From assembly GCA_964520805.1 (NCBI GenBank), contig CAZFQH010000001.1, forward strand, positions 1 to 35,079: a stretch of DNA of 35,079 nucleotides. Reading direction: 5' to 3'. Shown here in pieces: positions 15,829-24,446 of the stretch. This DNA comes from an uncultured Acidobacteriota bacterium (GTDB lineage Bacteria > Acidobacteriota > Vicinamibacteria > Fen-336 > JAGNNV01). Under the pieces are notes generated by a model, which worked only from the letters and a program-made list of their open reading frames with translations, searched no databases and was not told the origin of the DNA. Within the stretch, counting starts at the first letter, position 1. Every line of letters begins with the position of its first letter. The translations under genes and the position numbers were made by a program.

Positions 15829-16677
15829 TCACGCCGCCGAGGTAGTAGCCCTCGGGGGCACCAGGCTCGAAGCGTTCTCGACGCGCAGCTCGGGGTGCTC
15901 ACGCTCGAAGTCCAGCCGGACCGAGCCGTCCTGGACGCTCGCCTTGAGCAGCGCCTCGTAACGCAGGCGCTCGGTGGCGTCCGCGAAGCGGTCGGTCCGG
16001 CCGCGCAAGCCGACCGTGCCCGGCGGTTCGCTCGTGATCTCGAAAGCGGCGTCGCCGGCGCCTTTGGGGTTGACTCGACCGGCGAGCGTGGCGGTGAGCT
16101 CCAGCGCAGCGGGCCGATCCGAGGCAATGTGAATGACGATCACGTCGTCGGTGGCGGAAGCGAACACCTCTCTTTGAACCATGGCGCCGCCAACCCGGTA
16201 GCGGGTCGTGGCGATCGCCGTGTCGAGGTCCAGCTCGCGGCGGTACTCGGAGGGGAACGCGTGATCGGGCAGGGTCAGGATGAGGTCGCCGAGCGGCTGG
16301 AAGCGCGCCTGTTCCCAGACCTTCGGCATCATGCTGCGCTCGAAGAGCGCCTCTGCTTCGGCAAGACGGCCGGAAAACACGAGCTTCCGGATCTCCGGCA
16401 GCGAACGGTGGCCGTCGGGCGGGTTTGGATCGTAGGGGCCGCCGGTCCAGACCGTGGCTTCGTTCAGGGCCAGACGTTCGCTGTGCGTGCCGCCGAATAC
16501 CATCGCGCCGAGCCGGCCGTTGCCCACCGGCAGCGCCTCGATCCAGGCCGCCGCGGGGCGGTGATAGATCAGCTTCAGGTTTTGTTGGGCTTCGTCCGAA
16601 CCGTAGGGCGCCGTTCCACCGGCCGCGGCCGCCCCGAGCGCGGCGGCTGCGAGCAGGCCGAGCGCGCGCCGGGCCAT
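15829..16677 (-). pseudogene. GH95 alpha-L-fucosidase, 3'-truncated (signal peptide + N-terminal beta-sandwich only, 282 codons)
   Basis: ATG 16677 overlaps the stop of the binding-protein gene (TGATG). MARRALGLLAAAALGAAAAGG...LKLIYHRPAAAWIEALPVGNGRLGAMVFGG is a typical GH95 N-domain. The frame stops at 15829 about where the (alpha/alpha)6 catalytic domain should begin, and no catalytic-domain sequence follows in any frame. Confidence 0.75.
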
Positions 16678-17669
16678 CAGATCGCGGGTACTCGCTTGAA
16701 ACGCTGGACGGTATCTATGTCGAGGATGGAGACGCCGGTGTCGATCGTCGCGGGCACCGGACCGAAAGGTGCTGACCCCAGAGCTCCTGTCGGGTGGCGG
16801 GCCGCGTGGGCCAGAAGCATCGACATGTAGCCCATCAGATACGGGTTCTGGCCGACCGTGCCGCGGATCTCGCCGCTCTCGATCAGCTCGATCACCGGGG
16901 TCGAGAAGTCGAAGGCCAGGATCTGGACCTTGCCCTTGCGTCCGAGGTTGCGCACGGCCGCGGCCGCGCCGGGCCCTGGGTTTCCGTGGGCGCAGAAGAT
17001 GCCGGTGATCCCCGGGTTGGCCTGCAGCATCGCGGTGATCTGGGTCTCGGCGCGCGCGACGTCGCCCTCGTCGTTGACGGTGGCGATGATGCGAATCTCG
17101 GGGCCGAAGCGCTGGAGCCCGGCCGTGAAGCCCTCCACACGGCTGCGCAGGTGGTCGGGTCCCGGGAAGGTCGAGATGCCCACCTCGCCTTTGCCGCCGA
17201 GCCACCCGGCGAGCGCCTCTCCGGCCGTGAAGCCGGCGTTGTAGTTGTTGGTTCCGACGAAGGCGAGCCGCTTGCTGTTGGGAGCGTCCGAGTCGAAGGT
17301 GACCACCGGGATGCCGGCGGCGATGGCTTTGTCGATCGCGGGGGTGAGGGCCACGGCCTCGGCCGCGGTGACCGCGATCCCGTCCACCTTGCGGGCGACG
17401 AGCTGGTCAATGGTGCGCGCCTCGAGTGCGGCGTCCCACTCCGCCGGGCCCTTGAGTTCGACGGTTACGTGGGGGCCGATCGCGGCGGCCGCGTCGCGCA
17501 TGCCGGCGTACGCCCAGTTGAAGAACTCGCTGCCGCTCAGGAACACCACGGTGGCGTAGGTCTCGGTCGGGCGCGCTCCGGCCGCGGGCGCGGGCGCGCG
17601 GTTGCACGACGTCGCAAGCGCGAACCCGCAGGCGAGAGCGGCCGTCCTGATGGCCGCGTTGCGCCTCAT
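16677..17669 (-). CDS. Periplasmic sugar-binding protein (type I PBP, ribose/monosaccharide ABC class), probable lipoprotein
   Basis: ATGA overlap with the upstream gene. The N-terminus AALACGFALATSC is lipobox-like. PBP1 strings are present (VDGIAVTAAEA, IPVVTFDSD, VGTNNYNAG). Confidence 0.85.
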   Translation of the reverse strand: MRRNAAIRTAALACGFALATSCNRAPAPAAGARPTETYATVVFLSGSEFFNWAYAGMRDAAAAIGPHVTVELKGPAEWDAALEARTIDQLVARKVDGIAVTAAEAVALTPAIDKAIAAGIPVVTFDSDAPNSKRLAFVGTNNYNAGFTAGEALAGWLGGKGEVGISTFPGPDHLRSRVEGFTAGLQRFGPEIRIIATVNDEGDVARAETQITAMLQANPGITGIFCAHGNPGPGAAAAVRNLGRKGKVQILAFDFSTPVIELIESGEIRGTVGQNPYLMGYMSMLLAHAARHPTGALGSAPFGPVPATIDTGVSILDIDTVQRFKRVPAI

Positions 17670-19801
17670 CGCTTGACCCCCGCCGCAGCCGGCCTGGCCG
17701 TGACGCGCACGGAGGCCGGGCCCGTCTTTTCAACCGGCAGCCACAGCACCAGATCGGTCCGGTCAAGGCCGCGCACGTGCCCGAAACGCATGCCCTCGGT
17801 CCGCCCGAGCGCGCGGCCATCGAGTGTGACCACGGGTTCGGCCTCGCCCCACCCCTCGATCTTCAGGGAAACGTTCTCGAGCGGGGCGTCCTCGCTCGCG
17901 TCGAGCCGGAACGAGAGGTTTGCGCCCGCGCCATCGCGGCGCAGCAGATAGCCGCGCTCAGTGCGGTCGTAAGCGCCGCCGCTCCAGCCGGGCCCGCTCA
18001 CCGTGAGCGGGGGGGCCTGCACCCACGAGCGCCCGAGCCGCGCGATGTCTCCGGGCATTGGCTTCGTCCTGGCCCCATAGATCCAGGTCGCGTAGTAGGC
18101 GCCATCCGGGCGTTGGTGAATGGGCGGGCCGCCCCACGAGAGAGAGAAGTGCGACGGTCGGTCGGGCATGATCGCGTAGCGGCCATCCGAGGGGATTTCC
18201 GCCACCGGCCAGTGGTTCCACCAGGGAAAGGCGGAAACGTCGCGCCGCGACTCGATCTTGAACACGCGCATGCGGGCGCCGGGCTCGAAGATCTCGAAGG
18301 GCTTGTACTCGGACTTCAGGTTCACGATCTGGATCACCGGAGCCTTCGGCCGTTCGTCCTTTGAGAAGTCCGGCATTTCGTTCCGCCAGGAGTAGAGGTG
18401 CGACTCGCCCTTCAGGTTGACGAGGGTCAGCGCGTCGAGGTTGATCACGTCCTCCGGCCGGCTCCCCGGCTGCGCGAGCACGATGAACTCCGAGGGACCA
18501 AGCGGCTTCCCGCTGGTCCACATCACCACCTTACGAACCGCGAGGCCGTCCGGGAAGAACGTGAAGTACTCGTCGACCCAGTCGGACCAGCCGGTGCGCG
18601 CGTCGGGCTGCGAAAACTCCTGCCGCACGCTCACGGGCGCGTATCGCCAGTGCACCACGACCCGCGCCTCGGTGTTTTCGATGATGCGCACGTGCGAGTA
18701 GCGGTTCTGCGGGTCGAGCATGTGCTCGAAGCAGCCCTCGTGGTCCGTGAAGTGTTCGGCGCTCTGGTCGGCCATCCACGTCCCGTTCTCCATGACCCAG
18801 GCCGGGGAATAACGCGTCCCGCGCCAGAAAACCACCCTGAGCGGGGATCCGTCGAACTGCACCACGACGTCCGGGTGTTCACTGACCCGGAAGAGTGCGT
18901 CCCACTCCGGGTAGTAATTGAGGTGCGTGTAGTAAGCGCCGAAGCGGCCCGGACCCTTGGGACCCGAGGGCATCACGCGGGGCGGAATCTCGGGCTCAGC
19001 CGGCGGCCTCGCGGCGGAGACTTCGGCCCGCAGATCGGCGGCCGTGCGGGCCGTCCCGTGGATCTTCACTTCGTCGAGGATTCCGTCGAGCGTGAACCAC
19101 GCGGGGAGCGTCGCCTGCGGCCGCACGGGGTGTGACGGCACGCGTTTCTCGTGATTCATTCCGATCAGAAGATCGACGTCTTTTGCCCGCGCAGGGCCAC
19201 CGCTTGCACCGCCCGCCGAGCCGAGATCGGCGGAGGGCTGAAGCTCGCTCCGCTCGCACCGGCGTGCGACCACTCCGTCGACGAAGAGCGTGATGCCGGC
19301 CTCGGGATCGTAGGTGGCGGCCATGTGGGTGAAACGCCGCAGGGGGAGCGTCGGCTTGGTCTGGCACTTCAGCCAATGGCCGGCGGCCGAAAGCTCGAGG
19401 CCGATCTCTCCGAGGGGGCCGATCCCGAAGTAGTACCCGGCGTGTTCGTCGCGTTCGTGGTCCACCACGGGCGCCCAGTTCCAGGGATAGGAGGCGAGTG
19501 CTATCCACGCTTCCACCGTGAAAGCACCCGTGATAACCGGCGCAACGGCGTGGTTACGACGGACCAGGGAGGTAAAGCCGTCGAGCCGGATCGCCTGTCC
19601 GACGACCCCCTTCACGCGGGTGATCCGTCCCTCGATCGCATCGCTGATCGAGGCGGCACGGTCACGCGCTACGTCCGCGCCGGGGTCGTCGTCGAACGAC
19701 CACCACGCGAGGGGCGACGAGGGTTGCGCGGGCTGGGCGTGCCCGGCGCTCGACGCCACGAGGGCCAGCGCGAGGCTAAGGGCGACTCGCGCGCTCACCA
19801 C
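17666..19801 (-). CDS. Secreted LamG/concanavalin-like domain protein with uncharacterised ~450-aa C-terminal beta-rich module (paralog 2)
   Basis: GTG start 19801 (or 19798) overlaps the GntR stop (GTGGTGA). Signal peptide MVSARVALSLALALVASSAGHAQP. Collinear with 4051-6138 along the whole length. Confidence 0.8.
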   Translation of the reverse strand: MVSARVALSLALALVASSAGHAQPAQPSSPLAWWSFDDDPGADVARDRAASISDAIEGRITRVKGVVGQAIRLDGFTSLVRRNHAVAPVITGAFTVEAWIALASYPWNWAPVVDHERDEHAGYYFGIGPLGEIGLELSAAGHWLKCQTKPTLPLRRFTHMAATYDPEAGITLFVDGVVARRCERSELQPSADLGSAGGASGGPARAKDVDLLIGMNHEKRVPSHPVRPQATLPAWFTLDGILDEVKIHGTARTAADLRAEVSAARPPAEPEIPPRVMPSGPKGPGRFGAYYTHLNYYPEWDALFRVSEHPDVVVQFDGSPLRVVFWRGTRYSPAWVMENGTWMADQSAEHFTDHEGCFEHMLDPQNRYSHVRIIENTEARVVVHWRYAPVSVRQEFSQPDARTGWSDWVDEYFTFFPDGLAVRKVVMWTSGKPLGPSEFIVLAQPGSRPEDVINLDALTLVNLKGESHLYSWRNEMPDFSKDERPKAPVIQIVNLKSEYKPFEIFEPGARMRVFKIESRRDVSAFPWWNHWPVAEIPSDGRYAIMPDRPSHFSLSWGGPPIHQRPDGAYYATWIYGARTKPMPGDIARLGRSWVQAPPLTVSGPGWSGGAYDRTERGYLLRRDGAGANLSFRLDASEDAPLENVSLKIEGWGEAEPVVTLDGRALGRTEGMRFGHVRGLDRTDLVLWLPVEKTGPASVRVTARPAAAGVKR

Positions 19802-20523
19802 GTCCCGCGCTCGCCGAGGTCGTTCACAATGCGGACGTAGCGTTCGCTGCCCTGCCTCCAGTTTGCGGTGGTGGCCTGTTCGGCCGCGTCCGCGTCTCCT
19901 TTTCGGATGGCTTTGATCATTTCTTCATGCTCCTTGAGGGCGTCGCCGAAATCAGTCAGTAGGGCCGAGGTGTAAACACGTTCATAGCGTTCGACCTGGG
20001 GCTGGAAGGCCCGCAGTTCGGCGGAAAGGCGGCGGCCGGTCACCGCTTCGTCAATAGCGCGATGGAACGCCACATGCAGATCCTGGGCCTCGCGCAGGCG
20101 GCCCGATCGGGAGTTCCACGCGTCGCGGAGCGCGTTGTTCAGTCCCTCGAGTCGGGTGACGAGCTCGAGCCGTGGCGCATCGGCAAGCTGGGTCACCGAG
20201 CGCGCCGCGAGCCCCTGGAGCGCGCCGAAGATCGCGTGGAGCTCCTTCATGTCTTCCACCGTCATCGGCGCGACGCTCAGGCGAGTGATCGCGCCGTGGC
20301 GGTGGGCGACCACGAATCCCTCCTGCTCAAGCTGCTGAAGCGCCTGGCGGATCGGCGTTCGGCTGGCTCCGAGCCTCAGCGTCAACTCGGACTCGCTGAG
20401 GGGCGTGCCGGGTGAGAGTTTCATCGCGACGATCAGGTCGCGGATCTGATGGTGTGCGTCGCGTCCCAGGCTCTCCTGAGGCTTTGCTTGTTTTCGTGCG
20501 CCGTTCATTCGGGGCCGTTCCAT
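19795..20523 (-). CDS. GntR-family (FadR-like C-terminal domain) transcriptional regulator
   Basis: Winged-helix strings LSESELTLRLGASRTPIRQALQQLEQEGFV are followed by a helical FCD-like C-terminal domain. Start ATG 20523 gives 242 aa; ATG 20508 and the track start 20610 are alternatives. Confidence 0.8.
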   Translation of the reverse strand: MERPRMNGARKQAKPQESLGRDAHHQIRDLIVAMKLSPGTPLSESELTLRLGASRTPIRQALQQLEQEGFVVAHRHGAITRLSVAPMTVEDMKELHAIFGALQGLAARSVTQLADAPRLELVTRLEGLNNALRDAWNSRSGRLREAQDLHVAFHRAIDEAVTGRRLSAELRAFQPQVERYERVYTSALLTDFGDALKEHEEMIKAIRKGDADAAEQATTANWRQGSERYVRIVNDLGERGTW

Positions 20524-20543
20524 TAAGGGGACTGTGTCCAGAC

Positions 20544-20551
20544 TTGTATAC
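20544..20551. promoter_or_regulatory. TTGTATAC half-perfect GntR/FadR-type operator in the divergent GntR/ABC intergenic region
   Basis: Lies between the GntR start (20523) and the permease start (20629), in a low-GC stretch. It matches the palindromes in both TBDR promoters. Confidence 0.4.
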
Positions 20552-20628
20552 CGTCTTCGACTCCCGTAACTTATAGCAAGAAGGCAGCGTAGCCAAGAGG
20601 CATCTGACATTTTGAACTTGAGAACACT

Positions 20629-21588
20629 ATGGTAGAGGTTTTTGGGAAACGAGCGGGTTTCGGCCGCGAGGCGGTACTTCTTGCCACGATTCTGGCTCTC
20701 GCGGCGGGGCTCGCGGTCGCCCGGCCCGGTTTCCTCGCTTCTGAAAACCTGATCTCGATCGCGACCGGGATGGTCTACGACCTGCCCCTCGCCATGGCCG
20801 CGACCCTGGTTCTGGTCGTGGGCGGCATCGACCTTTCGCTCGGCGCGGTGCTCGCGCTGTCGAGTGTGGTGACGACACTCTCGCTGCGCTCGGGGGTGCC
20901 GATTCCCTTGGCCATCGCGGCGGGGCTGGGCGTCGCCGCCGCCGTCGGGGCGCTGAACGGCCTGCTGGTCACGCGCTTTCGTCTGGCGCCGTTCATCGTC
21001 ACTTTAGGCACGATGTCGCTCGCCCGCGGCGCCGCGGTTGTGCTCACCTCGGGCTACATGGTCGCCGGCCTGCCGCCCGCCTTCCTGGCCCTCGGGCGTG
21101 AAAGGCTGCTCTTTCTGCCGGTAGCGATCTGGATCGTGGTCGCCCTGCTGCTCTTCGGCCACGTGCTGCTGCGCCGCTACCGGCCCCTTCACGACGCCTT
21201 CTATGTTGGGCAGAACCGCGAGGCGGCGCGGCTCTCCGGCCTGCGCGCCGATGCTCTGACCGCCTCGATCTATGTCACGAGCGCCGTGCTCGCGGGCGTC
21301 GCGGCCCTCTTCATGAGCTCAAGGCTCGGAATGGGTTATGCACGCTTCGGAGAGCTTGCGGAGCTGCGGGCGATCGCGGCCGCGGTGCTTGGGGGGGCAG
21401 CGTTCAGCGGCGGCGCCGGCAGCATTCTGGGATCGGCGCTCGGCGTCTTGTTGCTGGCGCTCATCCAGAACGGCTTCGTCCTCCTCAATGCGTCGATTCA
21501 CTGGCAGAACGTCGCGACCGGGCTGGTCCTGCTCCTCGCGATCTCGATCGATGCCGTACGACGGCGTTTCAGCGGGGAGCGCGCGTGA
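20629..21588 (+). CDS. Sugar ABC transporter permease (RbsC/AraH-like, BPD_transp_2)
   Basis: Multi-pass hydrophobic protein with GGIDLSLGAV, TLGTMSLARG and GGAAFSGGAGSILGS strings typical of monosaccharide ABC permeases. Confidence 0.85.
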   Translation: MVEVFGKRAGFGREAVLLATILALAAGLAVARPGFLASENLISIATGMVYDLPLAMAATLVLVVGGIDLSLGAVLALSSVVTTLSLRSGVPIPLAIAAGLGVAAAVGALNGLLVTRFRLAPFIVTLGTMSLARGAAVVLTSGYMVAGLPPAFLALGRERLLFLPVAIWIVVALLLFGHVLLRRYRPLHDAFYVGQNREAARLSGLRADALTASIYVTSAVLAGVAALFMSSRLGMGYARFGELAELRAIAAAVLGGAAFSGGAGSILGSALGVLLLALIQNGFVLLNASIHWQNVATGLVLLLAISIDAVRRRFSGERA

Positions 21589-23066
21589 ACGCCTTGGTCA
21601 CGCTCGATGGCGTCTCCAAGCGCTATGGGCAGAACACCGTCCTGCACGATGTGTCGTTCGAGGTCGCCCCGGGATCGATCCACGCGGTGGTGGGTGAGAA
21701 CGGCGCCGGCAAGTCCACCTTGATGCACATTCTGGGCGGCCTGCACCGGCCCGATGGCGGTCGCCTGCTGCTCGACGGCAAAATCGTGAGACTCAAGGGA
21801 CCGCTCGACGCGATCGAGCGCGGCATCAGTTCCGTGCACCAGGAGCTGAGCCTCTTCCCAAACCGGACCGTGGCCCAAAACATCATGGTGCGGCGTGAGC
21901 CGACGCGGGCCGGGTTCGTGAAACGCTCCGAGCTCGAAGCGCGGGCCACCGAGGCGCTCGCGCGAGTCGGCAGCGGGATCGATCCCACGCTACCGCTCGG
22001 CCGCCTTGGCATTGGCGAACAGCAGGTGGTGGAGATCGCCCGCGCGCTCGAGCGCCGGGCCCGGCTGCTGGTTCTCGACGAACCGACGGCGGCGCTCACG
22101 GATCAGGATGCCTTGCGCCTCTTCGAGGTGTTGCGCGATCTGCGCGCGAAGGGCGTGGCCGTGCTTTACGTGTCGCACCGGCTCCCCGAAGTCCTCGCGC
22201 TCGCCGACACCATTTCGGTGCTGCGCGACGGGCGGCTCGTCGCGACTCTCGTAGCCGCCGAGACGTCCGAGGATGAACTCGTGCGCCTGATGGTCGGGCG
22301 CGAGCCCGAGCCCCTGGCCGAGCGCTCCGTGGCCGAACCCGGGCCAGACCTTTTGGTGGTGTCAAATCTCGGCCGTGCTCCCGCGTTCGCCGACGTGAAT
22401 TTCTCGCTGCGGCGGGGCGAGGTGCTCGGCTTCGCCGGCCTCATCGGTGCCGGCCGCACCGAGGTGGCTCGGGTCATCTTCGGCGCGGACCTCCTCGCCA
22501 CCGGCTCGATGACCCTCGGCGGCGAGCCGTTTAGTCCACGCACGCCGCGCGAAGCGATCGCCCTTGGGGTTTCGTACCTCACCGAGGATCGCCGCGGCCT
22601 CGGACTGTTCCTCGGGCTGTCCCTGCGCGACAACGTCGTGGCGGCGTCGCAGGCCGCCGTCGTCTCCCGGTTCGGCTTTCTGCGACCGCGGCGACTCAAA
22701 GAGGTGGCGATGGCGCTCCTGCGCAGGCTCGATGTGCGACCGCTGGATGACGAACGCGAGGTGTCGCACCTGAGCGGCGGCAACCAGCAAAAAGTCCTGC
22801 TCGCGCGCTGGCTCATGGCCACCCCGCGGGTTCTCATCGCCGACGAGCCCACGCGAGGGGTCGACGTCGGTGCGAAGCAACGGATTCATGCCGAGCTTCA
22901 GGGTCTTTCGCGGAGCGGCGTCGGAATCATCCTCGTTTCGTCAGACCTTCGCGAGGTCCTATCGCTCAGTCACCGGGTCGCGGTGTTCCGCGCGGGAAGG
23001 CTCGTGCGGATCCTCGAAGCAGTCGAAGCCAACGAGGAGGCGGTGATGCGTTATGCCGCGCTCTAG
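21585..23066 (+). CDS. Sugar ABC transporter ATP-binding protein (duplicated ATPase, RbsA/MglA-like)
   Basis: GTGA overlap with the upstream stop. Walker A GENGAGKST, signature LSGGNQQK, Walker B LLVLDEPT / LIADEPTRGVD, and two nucleotide-binding domains. Confidence 0.9.
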   Translation: MNALVTLDGVSKRYGQNTVLHDVSFEVAPGSIHAVVGENGAGKSTLMHILGGLHRPDGGRLLLDGKIVRLKGPLDAIERGISSVHQELSLFPNRTVAQNIMVRREPTRAGFVKRSELEARATEALARVGSGIDPTLPLGRLGIGEQQVVEIARALERRARLLVLDEPTAALTDQDALRLFEVLRDLRAKGVAVLYVSHRLPEVLALADTISVLRDGRLVATLVAAETSEDELVRLMVGREPEPLAERSVAEPGPDLLVVSNLGRAPAFADVNFSLRRGEVLGFAGLIGAGRTEVARVIFGADLLATGSMTLGGEPFSPRTPREAIALGVSYLTEDRRGLGLFLGLSLRDNVVAASQAAVVSRFGFLRPRRLKEVAMALLRRLDVRPLDDEREVSHLSGGNQQKVLLARWLMATPRVLIADEPTRGVDVGAKQRIHAELQGLSRSGVGIILVSSDLREVLSLSHRVAVFRAGRLVRILEAVEANEEAVMRYAAL

Positions 23067-24006
23067 GTTAAGCGCCGTGCCCGCCCAGCAGCTCGCCCTG
23101 GTTTTCTGCATCGTGGCGCTTTCGGGCTTCATGGCCGTCACCTATCCGGGCTTTGCCTCCATCGAGAACGCCGAGGTGATCGCGATGGGATTCGTGTTTG
23201 AGGGATTCATGGCGCTCGGCATGACCCTCGTGATCGTGACCGGTGGCATAGATCTCTCAGTGGGCGCGGTGCTGCCGTTTTCGGCGATCCTCACCGCCTT
23301 GCTGCTGCGGGCCGGCGTGCCGGTGCCTCTTGCCGTTTTCGGCGCTCTCACGATCGCCGCGCTCATCGGACTACTGAACGCGCTGGCCATCTCTGGACTC
23401 AGGGTGCACCCCTTCATCGTGACGCTCGCCACCATGCTCTCGCTCAAAGGGTTGAATCTCGTGCTCACCGGCGGCGGGCCGATCACGGGGATGCCGCCCG
23501 GCTTTGCGTGGATCGGCCAGGGCCGCCTCCTCGGCGTGCCCATACCCCTCGTGCTCTTCGCCGCGATGGCCGTCTCGCTCGGCCTGCTGTTGCGGCATCA
23601 CCGATTCTGGCAGCAGGCGTATTTGATCGGCGGAAATCCACGCGCCGCACGGACGTCGGGGGTACGCGTTTCCTTCGTGCTCGCGGTCGTCTACGTCGTA
23701 AGCGCGCTTTGCGCTGCGACCGCCGGCGTGATTGCGGCGGCGACCCACGGCAGCGCCAGTGCTGGTTTCGGTCAGAACGCCGAACTGCGCGTGATCACGG
23801 CCGTGGTGATCGGGGGAGCCAGCCTGCAAGGCGGCTCCGGTTCCATCGGTGGAACGCTGCTCGGGCTCTCCTTCCTGGCCCTGCTCTACAACGCCTTTTC
23901 TATGACCGGCGTCTCGACCTATTGGCAGGACGTCGCCACGGGCGCGCTCGTGCTTGGCTCCGCGCTCGCCACGGAGCTCGTCACCAGGCGTCGCGAGCGG
24001 CGGTAG
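23053..24006 (+). CDS. Sugar ABC transporter permease (second subunit)
   Basis: Paralogous to 20629-21588 (GGIDLSVGAV, TLATMLSLKG, GGASLQGGSGSIGG). Overlaps the ATPase stop by 14 nt; a downstream GTG start is possible. Confidence 0.85.
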   Translation: MPRSRLSAVPAQQLALVFCIVALSGFMAVTYPGFASIENAEVIAMGFVFEGFMALGMTLVIVTGGIDLSVGAVLPFSAILTALLLRAGVPVPLAVFGALTIAALIGLLNALAISGLRVHPFIVTLATMLSLKGLNLVLTGGGPITGMPPGFAWIGQGRLLGVPIPLVLFAAMAVSLGLLLRHHRFWQQAYLIGGNPRAARTSGVRVSFVLAVVYVVSALCAATAGVIAAATHGSASAGFGQNAELRVITAVVIGGASLQGGSGSIGGTLLGLSFLALLYNAFSMTGVSTYWQDVATGALVLGSALATELVTRRRERR

Positions 24007-24023
24007 CAGCCAGGACCTGAGGC

Positions 24024-24041
24024 GTCCGAACCTCTTCGGAC
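24024..24041 (+). terminator. Weak hairpin after the ABC operon
   Basis: GTCCGAA (24024-24030), loop CCTC, TTCGGAC (24035-24041), 18 nt after the stop. There is no U-tract. Confidence 0.25.
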
Positions 24042-24250
24042 CTCCGCGAGACTACGTCCACCGCGGAATGCGGGCCTCTGTGTCATGGCTTCGCCCGAGT
24101 TGCATGCGGCCGACTGACACCAGATCTTCGTGGCCGGAGCACGCCAATCCGAGGTCATGAATCGCGATGCGACCCCAAGCGCAAAAAGAGAACCCGCCTC
24201 TGGAGTGGCTCGATCTGAATGAACCGGCGGCCAGTTCGGGACAGAGCGAT

Positions 24251-24279
24251 GTCAATAAAAGACATGCGTTGGTCAATAA
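24251..24279 (+). promoter_or_regulatory. Direct repeats GTCAATAA x2 with 21-bp register (copy 2 of the candidate AraC-type site)
   Basis: GTCAATAA at 24251-24258 and 24272-24279. The surrounding block GTCAATAAAAGACATGCGTTGGTCAATAATCACTATTTCATT differs from copy 1 at only 2 positions, by eye. Confidence 0.45.
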
Positions 24280-24330
24280 TCACTATTTCATTCCGTTAGC
24301 AGCCCCAGTATCTTGCTATCACATACGCGC

Positions 24331-24340
24331 TTGTATACAA
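24331..24340. promoter_or_regulatory. TTGTATACAA perfect 10-bp palindrome; candidate GntR/FadR-type operator
   Basis: Same relative position as TGTATACA in copy 1. It resembles the classical GntR-type operator core (TTGTATACAA). Confidence 0.45.
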
Positions 24341-24446
24341 ACTCTGGCGCGGCATCTGAACGCCTTGGGTCCAAAGTCGCCAGTTGTCCGATGCAACCAG
24401 CTTTTTTTGAAGGACGATCCAGTCCGACCAGACGGGGGTAGTGATT

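Noticed and set aside
15605-15832. 75-aa minus-strand ORF, considered as a frameshifted continuation of the truncated GH95.
   Set aside because: Its sequence (GPDEVLVERLSRGRDGRAFLIVSLKGGGITTVYAE...) does not resemble the region that follows the N-domain in the GH95 at 3-1706. I could not assign it; it may be a fragment of another gene.
15136-16127. ORFs 15136-15366 (+) and 15462-16127 (-) in the scar region.
   Set aside because: The first reads out of frame across the TBDR remnant. The second is antisense to the GH95 remnant and Arg/Ser/Pro-rich.
3-16677. The idea that the GH95 C-terminal part (3-1706, +) and the N-terminal part (15829-16677, -) are two halves of one gene split by an inversion.
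   Set aside because: The two pieces overlap by ~30 alignable residues (RVEGTGLVVSGADEVLLL versus ELRVENASSL region). The first copy is also simply cut by the window edge. They are separate paralogs.
16678-17205. 176-codon upstream extension of the GH95-remnant ORF (track 15829-17205).
   Set aside because: It overlaps the binding-protein gene and is Arg/Pro/His-rich junk. GH95 homology and the signal peptide begin at ATG 16677.
20524-20610. Longer GntR start at 20610.
   Set aside because: It would leave only 18 nt to the divergent permease gene and bury the candidate operator in coding sequence. A 242-aa product from 20523 fits FadR-like regulators. This remains uncertain.
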